A DNA stretch of 64,000 nt from Lama guanicoe. Lineage: Eukaryota. The translations under genes and the position numbers were made by a program. The DNA is taken from contig MU053881.1 of assembly GCA_013239625.1 (NCBI GenBank), forward strand, positions 14,810,373-14,874,372. The letters run 5' to 3'. Under the pieces are notes generated by a model. It had not been told where the DNA came from, made no database searches, and saw only the letters and a program-made list of their open reading frames with translations. Positions 13,491 through 46,685 of the stretch are shown here, in pieces; the first letter of the stretch is position 1; each line of letters begins with the position of its first letter.

Positions 13491-13947
13491 CCCGTAGTTC
13501 CAGGGTCTGGAAGAGGGCGCGGGGGGTTCCCGAAGTTCCGGATACGAAGGCTGGGGACGGCTCGGGGAGCCCCGAAGTTCCAGGGCTTGAGAGGGCGCGG
13601 GGGCCCCGAAGTTCCGGAGTCGAGGTCGGGGAGAGGACAGTGCGAGGGGTTCCCGAAGTTCCGGAGCCGTAGCTGCAGGAGGTTGTAAAGGTGTCTCCGA
13701 AGTTTCGGACCTGGGGTGGAGGGGCGGCGCGAGGGGACCTCGAAATTCCGGACTTGGGGATGAAAGGGTAGCAGGGGGTCCCCGAAGTTCAGGAATCAGG
13801 GAAGGCTCGAAGGAGCCCCTAAATTTTGGACCTGCGGTTGGAGGAGGTAGATAACGTGTCCCGAAGTTCTGGACCCGGAGTTGGAGGGGGGCGTTGCAGG
13901 GATCTTGGAAGTTCCAGGGTCGGGGATGGCACTTCCCGAAGTTGGGG
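13491..13947 (+). repeat. Degenerate minisatellite-like array, 12 copies of a CCGAAGTTCC core at 30-47 bp spacing
   Basis: Cores start at 13492, 13530, 13572, 13606, 13653, 13697, 13740, 13782, 13818, 13861, 13906, 13936. Confidence 0.8.
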
Positions 13948-15107
13948 CGCCATGGGGCGCTCGGCTTCTGACGCGGGTGAGGACTCGATCTTGACTGAAT
14001 ATCAGGTCCCCTGGACTGGGGATCATGGGTGGGGCTTCGCCCCCGGACGCGATTGTGGATCCCGGACACCGGGCGGGGGCCGGCCCCTCTTTGGGAGCCC
14101 CGCGGCCGGCGGCGTCCGAGTCGCATGACTAGTTGGTGAGTAACTTTTCCCAACGCGGCAAGTCGCTGCAGGCGCGTCGGGGCGGGAGGGGCCTGAGTTT
14201 CTGGGACCCCTGCGCCCCGAAACCCTGGCTCGACCCAGGACCCACCCCCTATCCTGGCCAAAGTCGCTGCCCCTCCCCCACACAGGGGCTCCGGTTTCAG
14301 ACCCTGTGACCGGGACTGCAGCTGCCCAGGACAGAGTTGGGGGGGGGCATCCCCCCTCTGACCACAGAGGCTGCTAGGCCCAGGCCTCCCTTCCCTCAGT
14401 TTGCCTTCCCCTCCCCCAGGTCCCTCCTGGACCTGGATCCCCACCCACCCCCCCAAGGTATTGGGATTGAGTGGTGATAGGTGGGTTTCAGGGCCGACCT
14501 GTTCAGCCACATCTTGTCTTTTTAACTAATCTGAAAGCTTCCTGGGGATTTGGACTTTGACTCCAAGTTGTGTCTCTGCCCCACAGTGGAAGCTGAGGCA
14601 TCTCTTTGTGGGTCCACTGGGGACTGATCTCCCAGTAGGCACCTGGCAATGCCCCACTTTTTGATGGAGTCCCTGCTTGGAGGAATGATGGGTGAATGTA
14701 ATCAGAAAGTATGGAGCAGGAGTTGGTCTTGGCCTCCTCAGCCCAGCCCAGAGATTGTGAGGATTTCACTGGGGGGGGTCCAGTAACTAGGAAGATGAGA
14801 GGTTTATGCTGGGATGTCAGGTGTCACCTGATTCCTATCAGAGGCTGTCTCCTGCCCAGGGTGTTGCAAGAGCTTCCTCCAGACTTTGAGAGTCAGGATG
14901 TTTTTGCTGAGTGATTCCCTAATCTTTTTGGTTGAAGTTCTATGACTGGTGCACCTGGTAGGTGAGTCCTGAGGTTGGACACATTTGGCTTCCCTCTGTC
15001 TGTCCTGGAGGGACACTCACAGGCCCCCTCTCCCCACAGAGGTCAAACCAGCAGCTCCTACCATCCTTCTGGCTGCCCCTTGGAGCCCACCCAGGCTAGC
15101 CTGACCA

Positions 15108-20868
<5,761 letters not shown>

Positions 20869-21125
20869 GCCTGGCTGCCAGGTCCACGTGGGAGCAGGAG
20901 CCTGCAGGAGCTGGTTTTACACGAACGATTCCCACCTGGGGCACAGGCCAGGCCGCAGGCGGCACAGTGGGCCATTCACCCTGGCAGGGACTGGGGCCCG
21001 ACTCAGCCACGGGAGGGCCTGGTCACAGTTCTCCGGCCAGTCCTGGCTGTTCACAGCTCAGGGGCTGTTTTTGAGCTTTTCATTGTGTAGTTTCTAGACC
21101 TCCCAGGGCGCATGCTGGTGCCCAC

Positions 21126-21170
21126 ATTACATTTCTAAGCGTGGCCGTGTGTGTATGAGTGGTGTGTGAG
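21126..21170 (+). terminator. Candidate HOMER3 non-canonical poly(A) signal ATTACA with GU-rich downstream element
   Basis: ATTACA at 21126-21131 followed by GTGGCCGTGTGTGTATGAGTGGTGTGTGAG; no plus-strand AATAAA seen between the HOMER3 and DDX49 stops. Confidence 0.5.
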
Positions 21171-21744
21171 CATCTGGGGACTTAACTGCCGTCACTGGAC
21201 CCTCTGTCTGTCTGCCCTAGTCTGTGCAGGGTTTGGTAAGCCACTTGGACAGTGAGGCTCACAGAGCCTGAGGGGCATGCCCAGGCCACATGGCTCTGCT
21301 GCCCCATCTTCTTGGACTCAGCCCATGTTGTCTGGAACAGTTTGGATTTAGGTGGACCCTAGTTAAGCTCCTGCCCCGTTCACTCTGGCCACAACCCCAA
21401 ATGCAACCAGGTGGACAGGTGAAGCTCCTAGAACATGGCTGTGTTCACCAGGCATGGGAATGATCTCAACAGAGCATGACGTCTGTATCTGGAGAATAGT
21501 GCAGACGCCGTGCCCATTTTCCAGATGAAGAAACTGAAGCCCATGTTAGGGGCTTCACCAACCCAAAGTCTCTGGGTGGGAATGGCCAGCACTGCAGTTC
21601 AAAGCTTTGGGCCTGGCCCAAATGGGAGAACCTGGGGGTGGGGTGGGGGTAACATGATGTTCTGGGGAACTCGAGAAGACGCAGGCATACCATCCTCCCT
21701 CTGCCCCCACTCCCCGAGTCAGACTGGGGAAGTTGAAAGACTCA

Positions 21745-21750
21745 TTTATT
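21745..21750 (-). terminator. DDX49 poly(A) signal AATAAA
   Basis: TTTATT on the plus strand, ~330 nt downstream of the DDX49 stop. Confidence 0.8.
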
Positions 21751-22076
21751 GAGCACCTCCTGCAAGTAACACATCTTCACTTCAGGGCCCCATGGCATCC
21801 CCCAACAGGGTGACCCTGGGCCAAGGACACTGTTGTGGACTTGGGCCCAAACTTCACAGCCAGCACTCTTTCCTCCTCTGCTGCCTGGCTCCTGGCCAAG
21901 GCTCTGAGAAGGGGCCACAGGGTGGAGAGGCTGTGCGCCACACAACATGGGTATCCATGGAATCTGCTGAGGGGGACTGGGCAGACTGGGAGGGGGGACT
22001 GTCCTTGGGGCAGGATCCTCCCACCGACAGCTCGATGAAGGCATCCCAGGCTGGGCAGGTGGGGACCATGTGGATC

Positions 22077-22265
22077 TCAGGCCAGGCCCTGAGTGGGTGC
22101 TGTGGACGAGCGGGCCTCAGGCTGGGCCCTGGGTGGACGTCCCCTGCGGCCAGCCCTGCCAGCCTTCTGCCTCTGCAGTGTCTGCTCTACTTTCTCCTTG
22201 AAGCGCCGGTTCTTCTGCTTGATCTTGGCCAGCTCTGCCTTGCGCTTGGCCTCCAGGTCAGGGTC
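22077..22265 (-). CDS. DDX49: DDX49 exon 13
   Basis: [25 protein letters not shown]...TQGLA*. Confidence 0.94.
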   Translation of the reverse strand, partial: DPDLEAKRKAELAKIKQKNRRFKEKVEQTLQRQKAGRAGRRGRPPRAQPEARSSTAPTQGLA

Positions 22266-25200
22266 CTGGCACGGGAGGACCAGAAGGTGGTTGATCATTC
22301 TCCCGAGGGAGCCTTGCGCCCCGCCCCGATCCCTGCTGGCTCGACCCTCACCTTTCCCTCCAGGATCATCTGCTTCCGCTTGTTAATCTCCTTCTTTTCA
22401 TCAAAGTTGGCCGCCTCCAGTTTCTGAGGGGGGAGGGAGAGGCCATCATGGGGGTCACCATCTTGAAAGAAGCACCCAGGGCCCTGAAGACCAGCTCCGT
22501 CTCACACTGGCCCCTGTCCCAACACTCACAATCTCGCATTCCCTCCGCACCACGTTGACCTGTGTAAGAATTTGCAGCACTTCAGCTTCCTCCACCGAGA
22601 ACTCCTCCAGCTTTTTTTCTGTGGGGACAGCAGGAGCCCAGGAGAGGGTAGACACAACAAGGAGAGGGGTTTCAACCATGTACTGAGTTCCCCATGCAGT
22701 AGGGGATGCAAGGCCATCCGGGGTCATATCAGATCAGGGTCACGGGGATAAGATCTAGGATTTCAGACCCAAGAAATACATAGACCGCTCTTTTTTTTGT
22801 TGTTGTTAGCAACATTATGAATTTGATTAGGAGATTTTTTTCCTTGAAACAGTGTCCTTTAAAATCAAGACATTTCTGAATTTTAGGACAGTCTGTGCAA
22901 TGATTGGAGATGCCCCAGAGGTTCTCAGTCTTGGCTACACTTTAAACCACCTAAGGGAGTTTTTAAACATGCCCAGGCCCTGTCCCTGGGGCTTCTGACT
23001 CATCCACAGGGATCACCCACACACCCTGGTCTCAGAAACCCAAGTCCCTTCCCACCAGATTTGACTTTCAGCTGCTAAAGGCCCTTACAGAGCTTCTGTT
23101 TGAACAACTGAGCAAAAGAAACTTTTTGGGGGCTTGGAAGGAAGGCACAGTTTAAGCCCATTCATGTGAGAAGGCTAGCAGGTATCTGATAAGGTGAGTG
23201 GGCATCTCACCCAGAGGAACCTTCCACCCCTCCCTCCCTCCTGCCCCTCCACTCACTGATCTGCTCCTCGATGGCGTGTACCAGGTGGATGTCATACTGG
23301 GTCACCAGCGTGATGGCCTGGCCCTGCCGCCCTGTGGGGGACACACCCAGGCTATGTGCTGGAGGTTAGGACCATGGGCCAATAAAAGCAAGCCCTGACC
23401 ATTAGGCAGCTCAGGGCTCCTCTCGATCAAGGGGAGCAGTACAGGGGCTCAGTAGGTGGGTGGATGGAGATGAAGGAAGCCTAGGGCATCAGGGCTCAAC
23501 CCCCTGCCCACCTCTGTGTAGTAGGTGGGTCTGTTCCTGGGGAACTTCAGGACTCCAGGGGGAGGCGGCTCTCCTGCCAACTTGACCTTACACAGGGGGT
23601 GGTGATGTGGCTAATTTCCCTTTTCGGTGTGGCTGCCAGGCAGCCCAGGCTGAGTTATGTCAGCAATAAGCCCGGCTAGGCTTCAGCCCAGATCTCCACA
23701 CTCCACTTTCTCCATTCCCCATTTCTGTGACAGTGACTAGTGCTGGAACAGCTCTGACAGCTGATGAGGCCCATGACCCTTGAAGCAGCCCTTAACAGGT
23801 GTCACATTCTTGTTACCCAACGTCTGACAAGGCAGTGGGACCCAGAGAGCTGATGTGACCTGTCCGAGGCCATGGGGCAGGAGAGAAAGGCCAGGCCCAG
23901 TCCAGCCCCAGAAACCATGTCTCTCCCCACTCCAGGCATGAAAGAATATCAAGAACTCTGTTCCCCTCCTGGGTGGGGCTGGGGAGCAGACAGAAGGATG
24001 CCCCTTTGGCTCCTAGCCAGACTCACAGTGAGGGGTTGAACTTGGACGCCAAATCCCACAGAACAGCATTATACCCACCAGGACTCATACACCCACTTGC
24101 TGCCGGGCCAAATGGCAGCCCTGACGGGTGAAGGGGGCTGGGGTGAGGCAACAGGGAGTGGTGGGGACTGGGGAAGTGTGTGCTGTGTCCCCAGGGGACA
24201 GTGCATGTTAGTTAGTGCTGCCTGGGTCACGTGGAGAAGACAGAGCAGCTCTACCTATGGTTTTGAAAGAATGATTCCCCCAACTTGCAAATGCTGCCTC
24301 TAGTGTCTCTCACCTGTGGGCTGTATCCTTCCCATGTCCCACCAGCTCGTGACTGGCTCCTTATGGTGTGGGCAGGCTGGAGGGACGGGTGCCCCAAGGC
24401 TGCCCACCGTGTCTGCTTACCTGCACGGGCTGTCCGGCCAACCCGGTGGATGTAGATCTTCGGGAGCCCGGGGGTGTTGTGGTTGATAACCACCTGCACC
24501 GTAGGGATGTCCAGGCCCCTGGAGGCAGAGGCCAGTCAGCACCACTGTCCCCGTGGGGGAAATGAGGTTGGGACGCACCCAAGGTTGTTGAGCAGCAAAG
24601 CTGAGGCTGCCTGACCCATGTCTGATGCCAGCCTCCCCCTCTGGCCCTTCTGTGGGGTCGTCACAGGGAGGGGGTACTCTGGAGCTGCTCACCGGGAGGC
24701 CACATCTGTTGCGATCAGGATCCGGTAGATGCTGGACTTGAACTTAGCCAGGGCAGAAAAGCGTTCTTTCTGTGCCAGATTGAGGAGAGAATTGGGGGCG
24801 GGTGGTGGTGGTGGTGTCAGGTGGCATCTCAACAAACCTTTGAGCAGACAGGGCAGAGGCCAGGACAGTCCCCACCCTCACAGGACTCAGTCCAGTGGGG
24901 GAGTGTTGCAGGCAGAGGAGAGAGCCTAGGCAAAGGTGCTGAGGCTGGGGGAGTCCCCAGGGTGAGGCTGGTGGGCGAGGGGATTCGTGGGGCCGCCGAC
25001 GCCTCACCTGTTTCATCATGGAGTGCAGTGCCACGGTGGGGAAGTTGAACTTGCGCAGCATCATGCACAGGATCTGGCAGGTCCTGGCGGGAAGGACGTG
25101 CTGTCAGCCCGCCCAGCACTGGGGCCTGGGAAGGCGCTCCTGCCCCTCCCACCCCTGAGAGCTCAAGCAGGTGGCCGTGCGCAGCTGGGAAAGGAGAAGC

Positions 25201-28200
25201 AGGGGTGCAGTGTCCTGCCTGCAACATCTGTCTGCTCACCCCTCCCCTGGCTTAAGCTAACAAGAGAAAGCCTTATATCTAGACTTTTCTCTCCTGGTAG
25301 CCAATAAATTCTCAGTGGAGGGTAGGGCGCAGCCAGTTAGGTCTCCTTCACATGCTGTGGATGGCCCTTCTATGCTGGCTCATGCTAGACTAGCCTATAG
25401 CTTCTTGGCACTCTCCCCAAATACGTCATAGAACTTGAAATCTCTGGGACTGTGGAGAGGACAGCCCCAGGTTGTTGGTGCTAATGCACCGGGCCTCAGT
25501 GACACCCTGAGATCACAGCAAATCAGAGGTTCCAGGGCCTTCCCAGCTGCTGCAGGGGTCTCCTGAGGATAGCTTGAGGCCCTTCCAGTTAAGAGCAGGT
25601 CTGAGGAACCCCAAATCCTGGCTCTGCCTTTGGGAGGGGTGATCTTGGCAAAACTGTTTGACTTCTCTGAGCCTCTCTGAGTGACTCCTCTGAATCTGCT
25701 GGTCTGAGTGCCCCGGAGTGCCAAGACCAGCTGTGTGCCTCACATTTGCAACCTCGGGTCACCTCTTGGGCCTCTGGGAAGGGCTGTGGGAGGGGCACCC
25801 TGGGGATGGGAGAGACAGCCTGCCCGTGCTCACTTGCATGTGTTTGTGAAGATGATGATGGACCAGTCTTCGTGCTCATCCTGGAAGTTCTGGATCAGGT
25901 GGACCAGATAGGCATCCTTGACCTTCTCAGGCACTAGCAGGTAGCGCTGGTCCAGCTGTTCTACTGTGCGCACCCTGGGGACAGTTGTTGGTCCCTGTTT
26001 CCCCTTCTGTGGAATGAGGCCAATGCCCCGCCCCACCCACAGCCAATAACCTGGTGGGTGTGACCCTCCCCGCTTCCTGCCTGCCTCACTCCCACAGGAA
26101 CGTGGCTGTGGACTCACGGGGCCTGAGCCTCCCAGAAGAAGGGCTGATTGGTGGCCAGGCCCTGCAACTCCCTCAGCGTGTCAGTCAGTGTGGCGCTGAA
26201 GAGCAGCGTCTGCCTGCGGGCTGGCACGGCCGCCAGGATGGCCTCCAGGTCCACAGTGAAGTCGGTGCAGCCTTGCTCCAATAGCCGGTCTGCCTCATCC
26301 ATCACCTGTACACCGGCGGTAGGGGGCGGGAGGTAGAGATCTGGGGTGAGAGCGCTGACCACATGTCCAAGATCTGACCACACGCCTTGGCCCAGCCCAC
26401 CTCCCCCATGGGCCTCCTTCCTGGTCTTGGAAGCACTTGGGGCACTCTCTCTCTCTAGGTCCGGGAGGCCTACTCCCTCACCTCTCTCAGCTCCAACATT
26501 ACCTCCTCAGAGAGACCCTGTCTTCAACTATCTTCACTAGTATAGGCTCCCTCTTGTTGGTCCCTGAGCCGTCCTTGTCACCATTCCTAATGCTGTACTC
26601 AATGGTCCATGGGACACGTTTCCCAAATGGATGAATCAGGGAGCCAAGTCAACTCACCAGGAAGCGGATCTTCTTTATGCTGAAAGTGTTGGAGCTGCGG
26701 AGGTGGTCAGCGAGGCGCCCCGGCGTGGCGATGACCACATGTGGTTTCCGGGAGAGCTCCAGGGCCTGGGCCACCATGTCTGTGGGTGGAGGGTGAGAGG
26801 TGGGGCTGGGTGGATGGTCCCAGGCTGCAGGAGTCCCCTGCCCAGAGCCTCCATGGGCCCCCCGTACCCATGCCGCCAACGATGATGCAGTCTTTCAAGC
26901 CAAGAGGCTTCCCTAGGACCCGGAACTGCTCTGCGATCTGGTAGGCCAGCTCCCTGTGGGTGTGAAGGGACAAGGCTAGATCAGATAGGGGTTTTGTGCC
27001 TGCCTCCCATTCCTACCTCCACTCCTAGGGCCTCCTGACTGGTCTTCTCCCTTCACGCTCTCTCTGTGGCTCCCAGTTCCCTGTGGACAAAGGCTCTAAT
27101 ACTAAAAGTTAGAGGCCCACTGTGGCCCCTGCCCCTTCACCAGGCTGGGCTCATCCCTTGCTAGTCCCACACAAACTGTCCTCTCCTCCTCTCCTGTCCT
27201 CAGCAACAGCTTTGACACCAGTCAAGAGCTTGAGACCTAAGCGTCAGTTCTCCCTCTCCCAGGGCTGGAAGGTGTCCAAGTCCCCTCCACTCTGTCTCCA
27301 GCCCCAGCTCCACACAGACCTTTCCTCCACCCATGTCCCTGCTCCCTGGCCTCCCATCTTGCCCTCTTCTGCTCACACACCTGCAGAATAAGTTCTAACC
27401 CTCTATTTGGCATTTAAAGCCCTTTTCAAGCTGGCTCTTATATGCCCAGCCCCGGTACCCTTTCTGTTCCTTGCTCCTCTCACCTTTGCATGAATGCACT
27501 GGCAGTTCCCTGTGCCTAGAATACCTGTCCCCAAATTTGTCCCTTTGAGAGATCCTTTTTATCCTTTAAGGCACCCTTTGAATGATGCCTTCTTTGACTG
27601 CTCCCTCCCCAGGCCAGGCCCTCACAGCACGCAGCGCCTATCTCTCCTACTGCTGTTACAGGACCCATCATGTCCACCGTCATGTTTGTTTGCCCAAGAA
27701 CAGGAGATGTGTTTATTTCTTGGTACACAAGACTACTGCCAGCTCCTATCCAGCCAGCGCTTGCCCTGAGTCAAGCCCCATACTCAGCACTTTTCACACA
27801 CTATCTCGTTTAATTCCTCGGCACTCCTAAGAGGTGGGCATAATTTCTGCCTCCATTTTGCACACATACAGAGTGCGCTGAGAGAGGTAAAGGCACTTTC
27901 CCAACAGAATACAGCTCGTTAACTCACCCAGGAGGCCTACGGGGGGCTCACCTGGTGGGGGTCAGGACGAGGCAGAAGATGCCATAGGGATCCTCAGACA
28001 GCTTCTGCAAGATGGGCAAGACAAACGCTGCCGTCTTGCCGCTTCCTGTCTTGGCACAGCCCAGGCAGTCCCGACCTGGACAGAGGGCAAAATAGTGTCA
28101 TAGGTGTAGACAGGTGTCCCATCAGGCACAGTTTACAACAGCTAACGTATGATAAGCAGTTTCTGTATGTACAGTACTGGCCCGTGCCCTTTCTGTCCTA

Positions 28201-29043
28201 GGCTTTTGGACAACTACCCATTTTGGGCAACTGACAAACTTTAGGAGGGAGAGGCTGTTATCCTCCCCATTTAACAGAAAGGGAAACATAGTCTCAGAGA
28301 TTTGCCCAGGACACAAAGCCAGTGAGTAACAGGAAGGACTACAACCCACATCTATCTGACCCAAGATGCCTGCTACTAACCACGACCTCATTTTGATCCC
28401 CTCCCAGGGCATCTGAGCTTGAGAAATCTGGAATGCCTTCTCCAGATCTGCACCCTATCCTTCCCCTTGAAGACTTCATCTTTATTTAATCCCTCAACTT
28501 GTCACATCTTAGGCTTCCTGAAGGCGTTTCTTTAAACGCAAGACTGGGTTGGGCCTTAGGAGTCAGAAGAGCATTCTTAGAACCAGAGTCCTGGATCTAC
28601 CAGCAATCTTGACAGCCTCGGTTTCCATTTGTAAAATTAAGATAGTAATGCAAACTGTATCAATTTTTTCTCAGTACTATCACCAAATCCTCCCACTTCT
28701 CAGAAGCTATGAAAGTTTCAGACATTACATCACTTGTGTGAGGACACACAGAGTTAGTCGTACAGCCCAAACGCCAGCACTGCCTATTCTGCCTCAGGGA
28801 CCGAGGCTCGCTCATAACGCCCAAGGCTGCCCCTCGCCTCACAGGACCGTGGGCAAAAGCTGCGAGAAGGCAAAGGGAGGCAACAGGAGCGAGGACGCCT
28901 CCTGGAGAAGAGGCCTAGCCACACTCACCCTCCAGGATGGCGGGGATACAGCCGAGCTGCACGGGTGTGGGCTGCTTCAAACCCAGCTGCCGACATTGTT
29001 CCACAAGCCACGATGACAGCCCGAGCTCTGCGAAGCTGGCCAT
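22077..29043 (-). CDS. DDX49: DEAD-box RNA helicase DDX49, 483 aa; complement join(22077-22265,22352-22423,22530-22618,23257-23331,24421-24518,24693-24769,25008-25083,25834-25974,26118-26305,26658-26779,26868-26953,27952-28075,28929-29043)
   Basis: [17 protein letters not shown]...; Q motif PTPVQ, motif I AKTGSGKT, Ia PTRELA, Ib [34 protein letters not shown]; 13 GT/AG exons totalling 1452 nt in frame. Confidence 0.97.
22352..22423 (-). CDS. DDX49: DDX49 exon 12
   Basis: [24 protein letters not shown]. Confidence 0.95.
22530..22618 (-). CDS. DDX49: DDX49 exon 11
   Basis: [29 protein letters not shown]. Confidence 0.95.
23257..23331 (-). CDS. DDX49: DDX49 exon 10
   Basis: [24 protein letters not shown]. 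Confidence 0.95.
24421..24518 (-). CDS. DDX49: DDX49 exon 9
   Basis: [32 protein letters not shown]. Confidence 0.96.
24693..24769 (-). CDS. DDX49: DDX49 exon 8
   Basis: [26 protein letters not shown]. Confidence 0.95.
25008..25083 (-). CDS. DDX49: DDX49 exon 7
   Basis: [25 protein letters not shown]. Confidence 0.95.
25834..25974 (-). CDS. DDX49: DDX49 exon 6
   Basis: [47 protein letters not shown]. Confidence 0.96.
26118..26305 (-). CDS. DDX49: DDX49 exon 5
   Basis: [12 protein letters not shown]...[13 protein letters not shown]...EAQA-P. Confidence 0.96.
26658..26779 (-). CDS. DDX49: DDX49 exon 4
   Basis: [41 protein letters not shown]. Confidence 0.96.
26868..26953 (-). CDS. DDX49: DDX49 exon 3
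   Basis: [28 protein letters not shown]. Confidence 0.96.
27952..28075 (-). CDS. DDX49: DDX49 exon 2
   Basis: [41 protein letters not shown]. Confidence 0.96.
28929..29043 (-). CDS. DDX49: DDX49 exon 1 coding part
   Basis: [42 protein letters not shown] at 29041-29043. Confidence 0.96.
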
Positions 29044-46553
<17,510 letters not shown>

Positions 46554-46679
46554 GGCCGGCCCCAGAAGCTCTTCCTGAGCCGTGGGAATACAGGGCCAGG
46601 GCCGTGCTGTCCTCTCCACCAGGCACTTCTGTTTGGCCAGAAGCAGAGGCTGGAAGCCCAGCCCAGCCTCGCTTTTGTC

Positions 46680-46685
46680 AATAAA
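46680..46685 (+). terminator. COPE poly(A) signal AATAAA
   Basis: AATAAA ~127 nt after the stop, followed by the GU/U-rich TCTGTGTTTG. Confidence 0.85.

Larger units (their letters stand above)
13120..14230 (+). promoter_or_regulatory. HOMER3: HOMER3 CpG-island promoter with non-coding first exon (donor GTAGGG at 13443 or GTGAGC at 13448)
   Basis: Very dense CpG, GC box GGGGCGGG near 13222, (GCG)7 at 13277-13297, ~1.7 kb upstream of the ATG exon. The TSS itself cannot be read from sequence. Confidence 0.8.

Noticed and set aside
13491..13947. CRISPR array (repeat-spacer appearance)
   Set aside because: The core is only ~10-13 bp and degenerate, the spacers are related G-rich sequence, there are no cas genes, and the context is a mammalian intron. 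Kept as a motif array instead.
13470..14510. 346-codon antisense ORF with repeated PELR/PEFR motifs
   Set aside because: It starts at GTG, lies in a stop-poor CpG island, and the peptide repeats are just the translation of the CCGAAGTTCC array; no recognisable protein.
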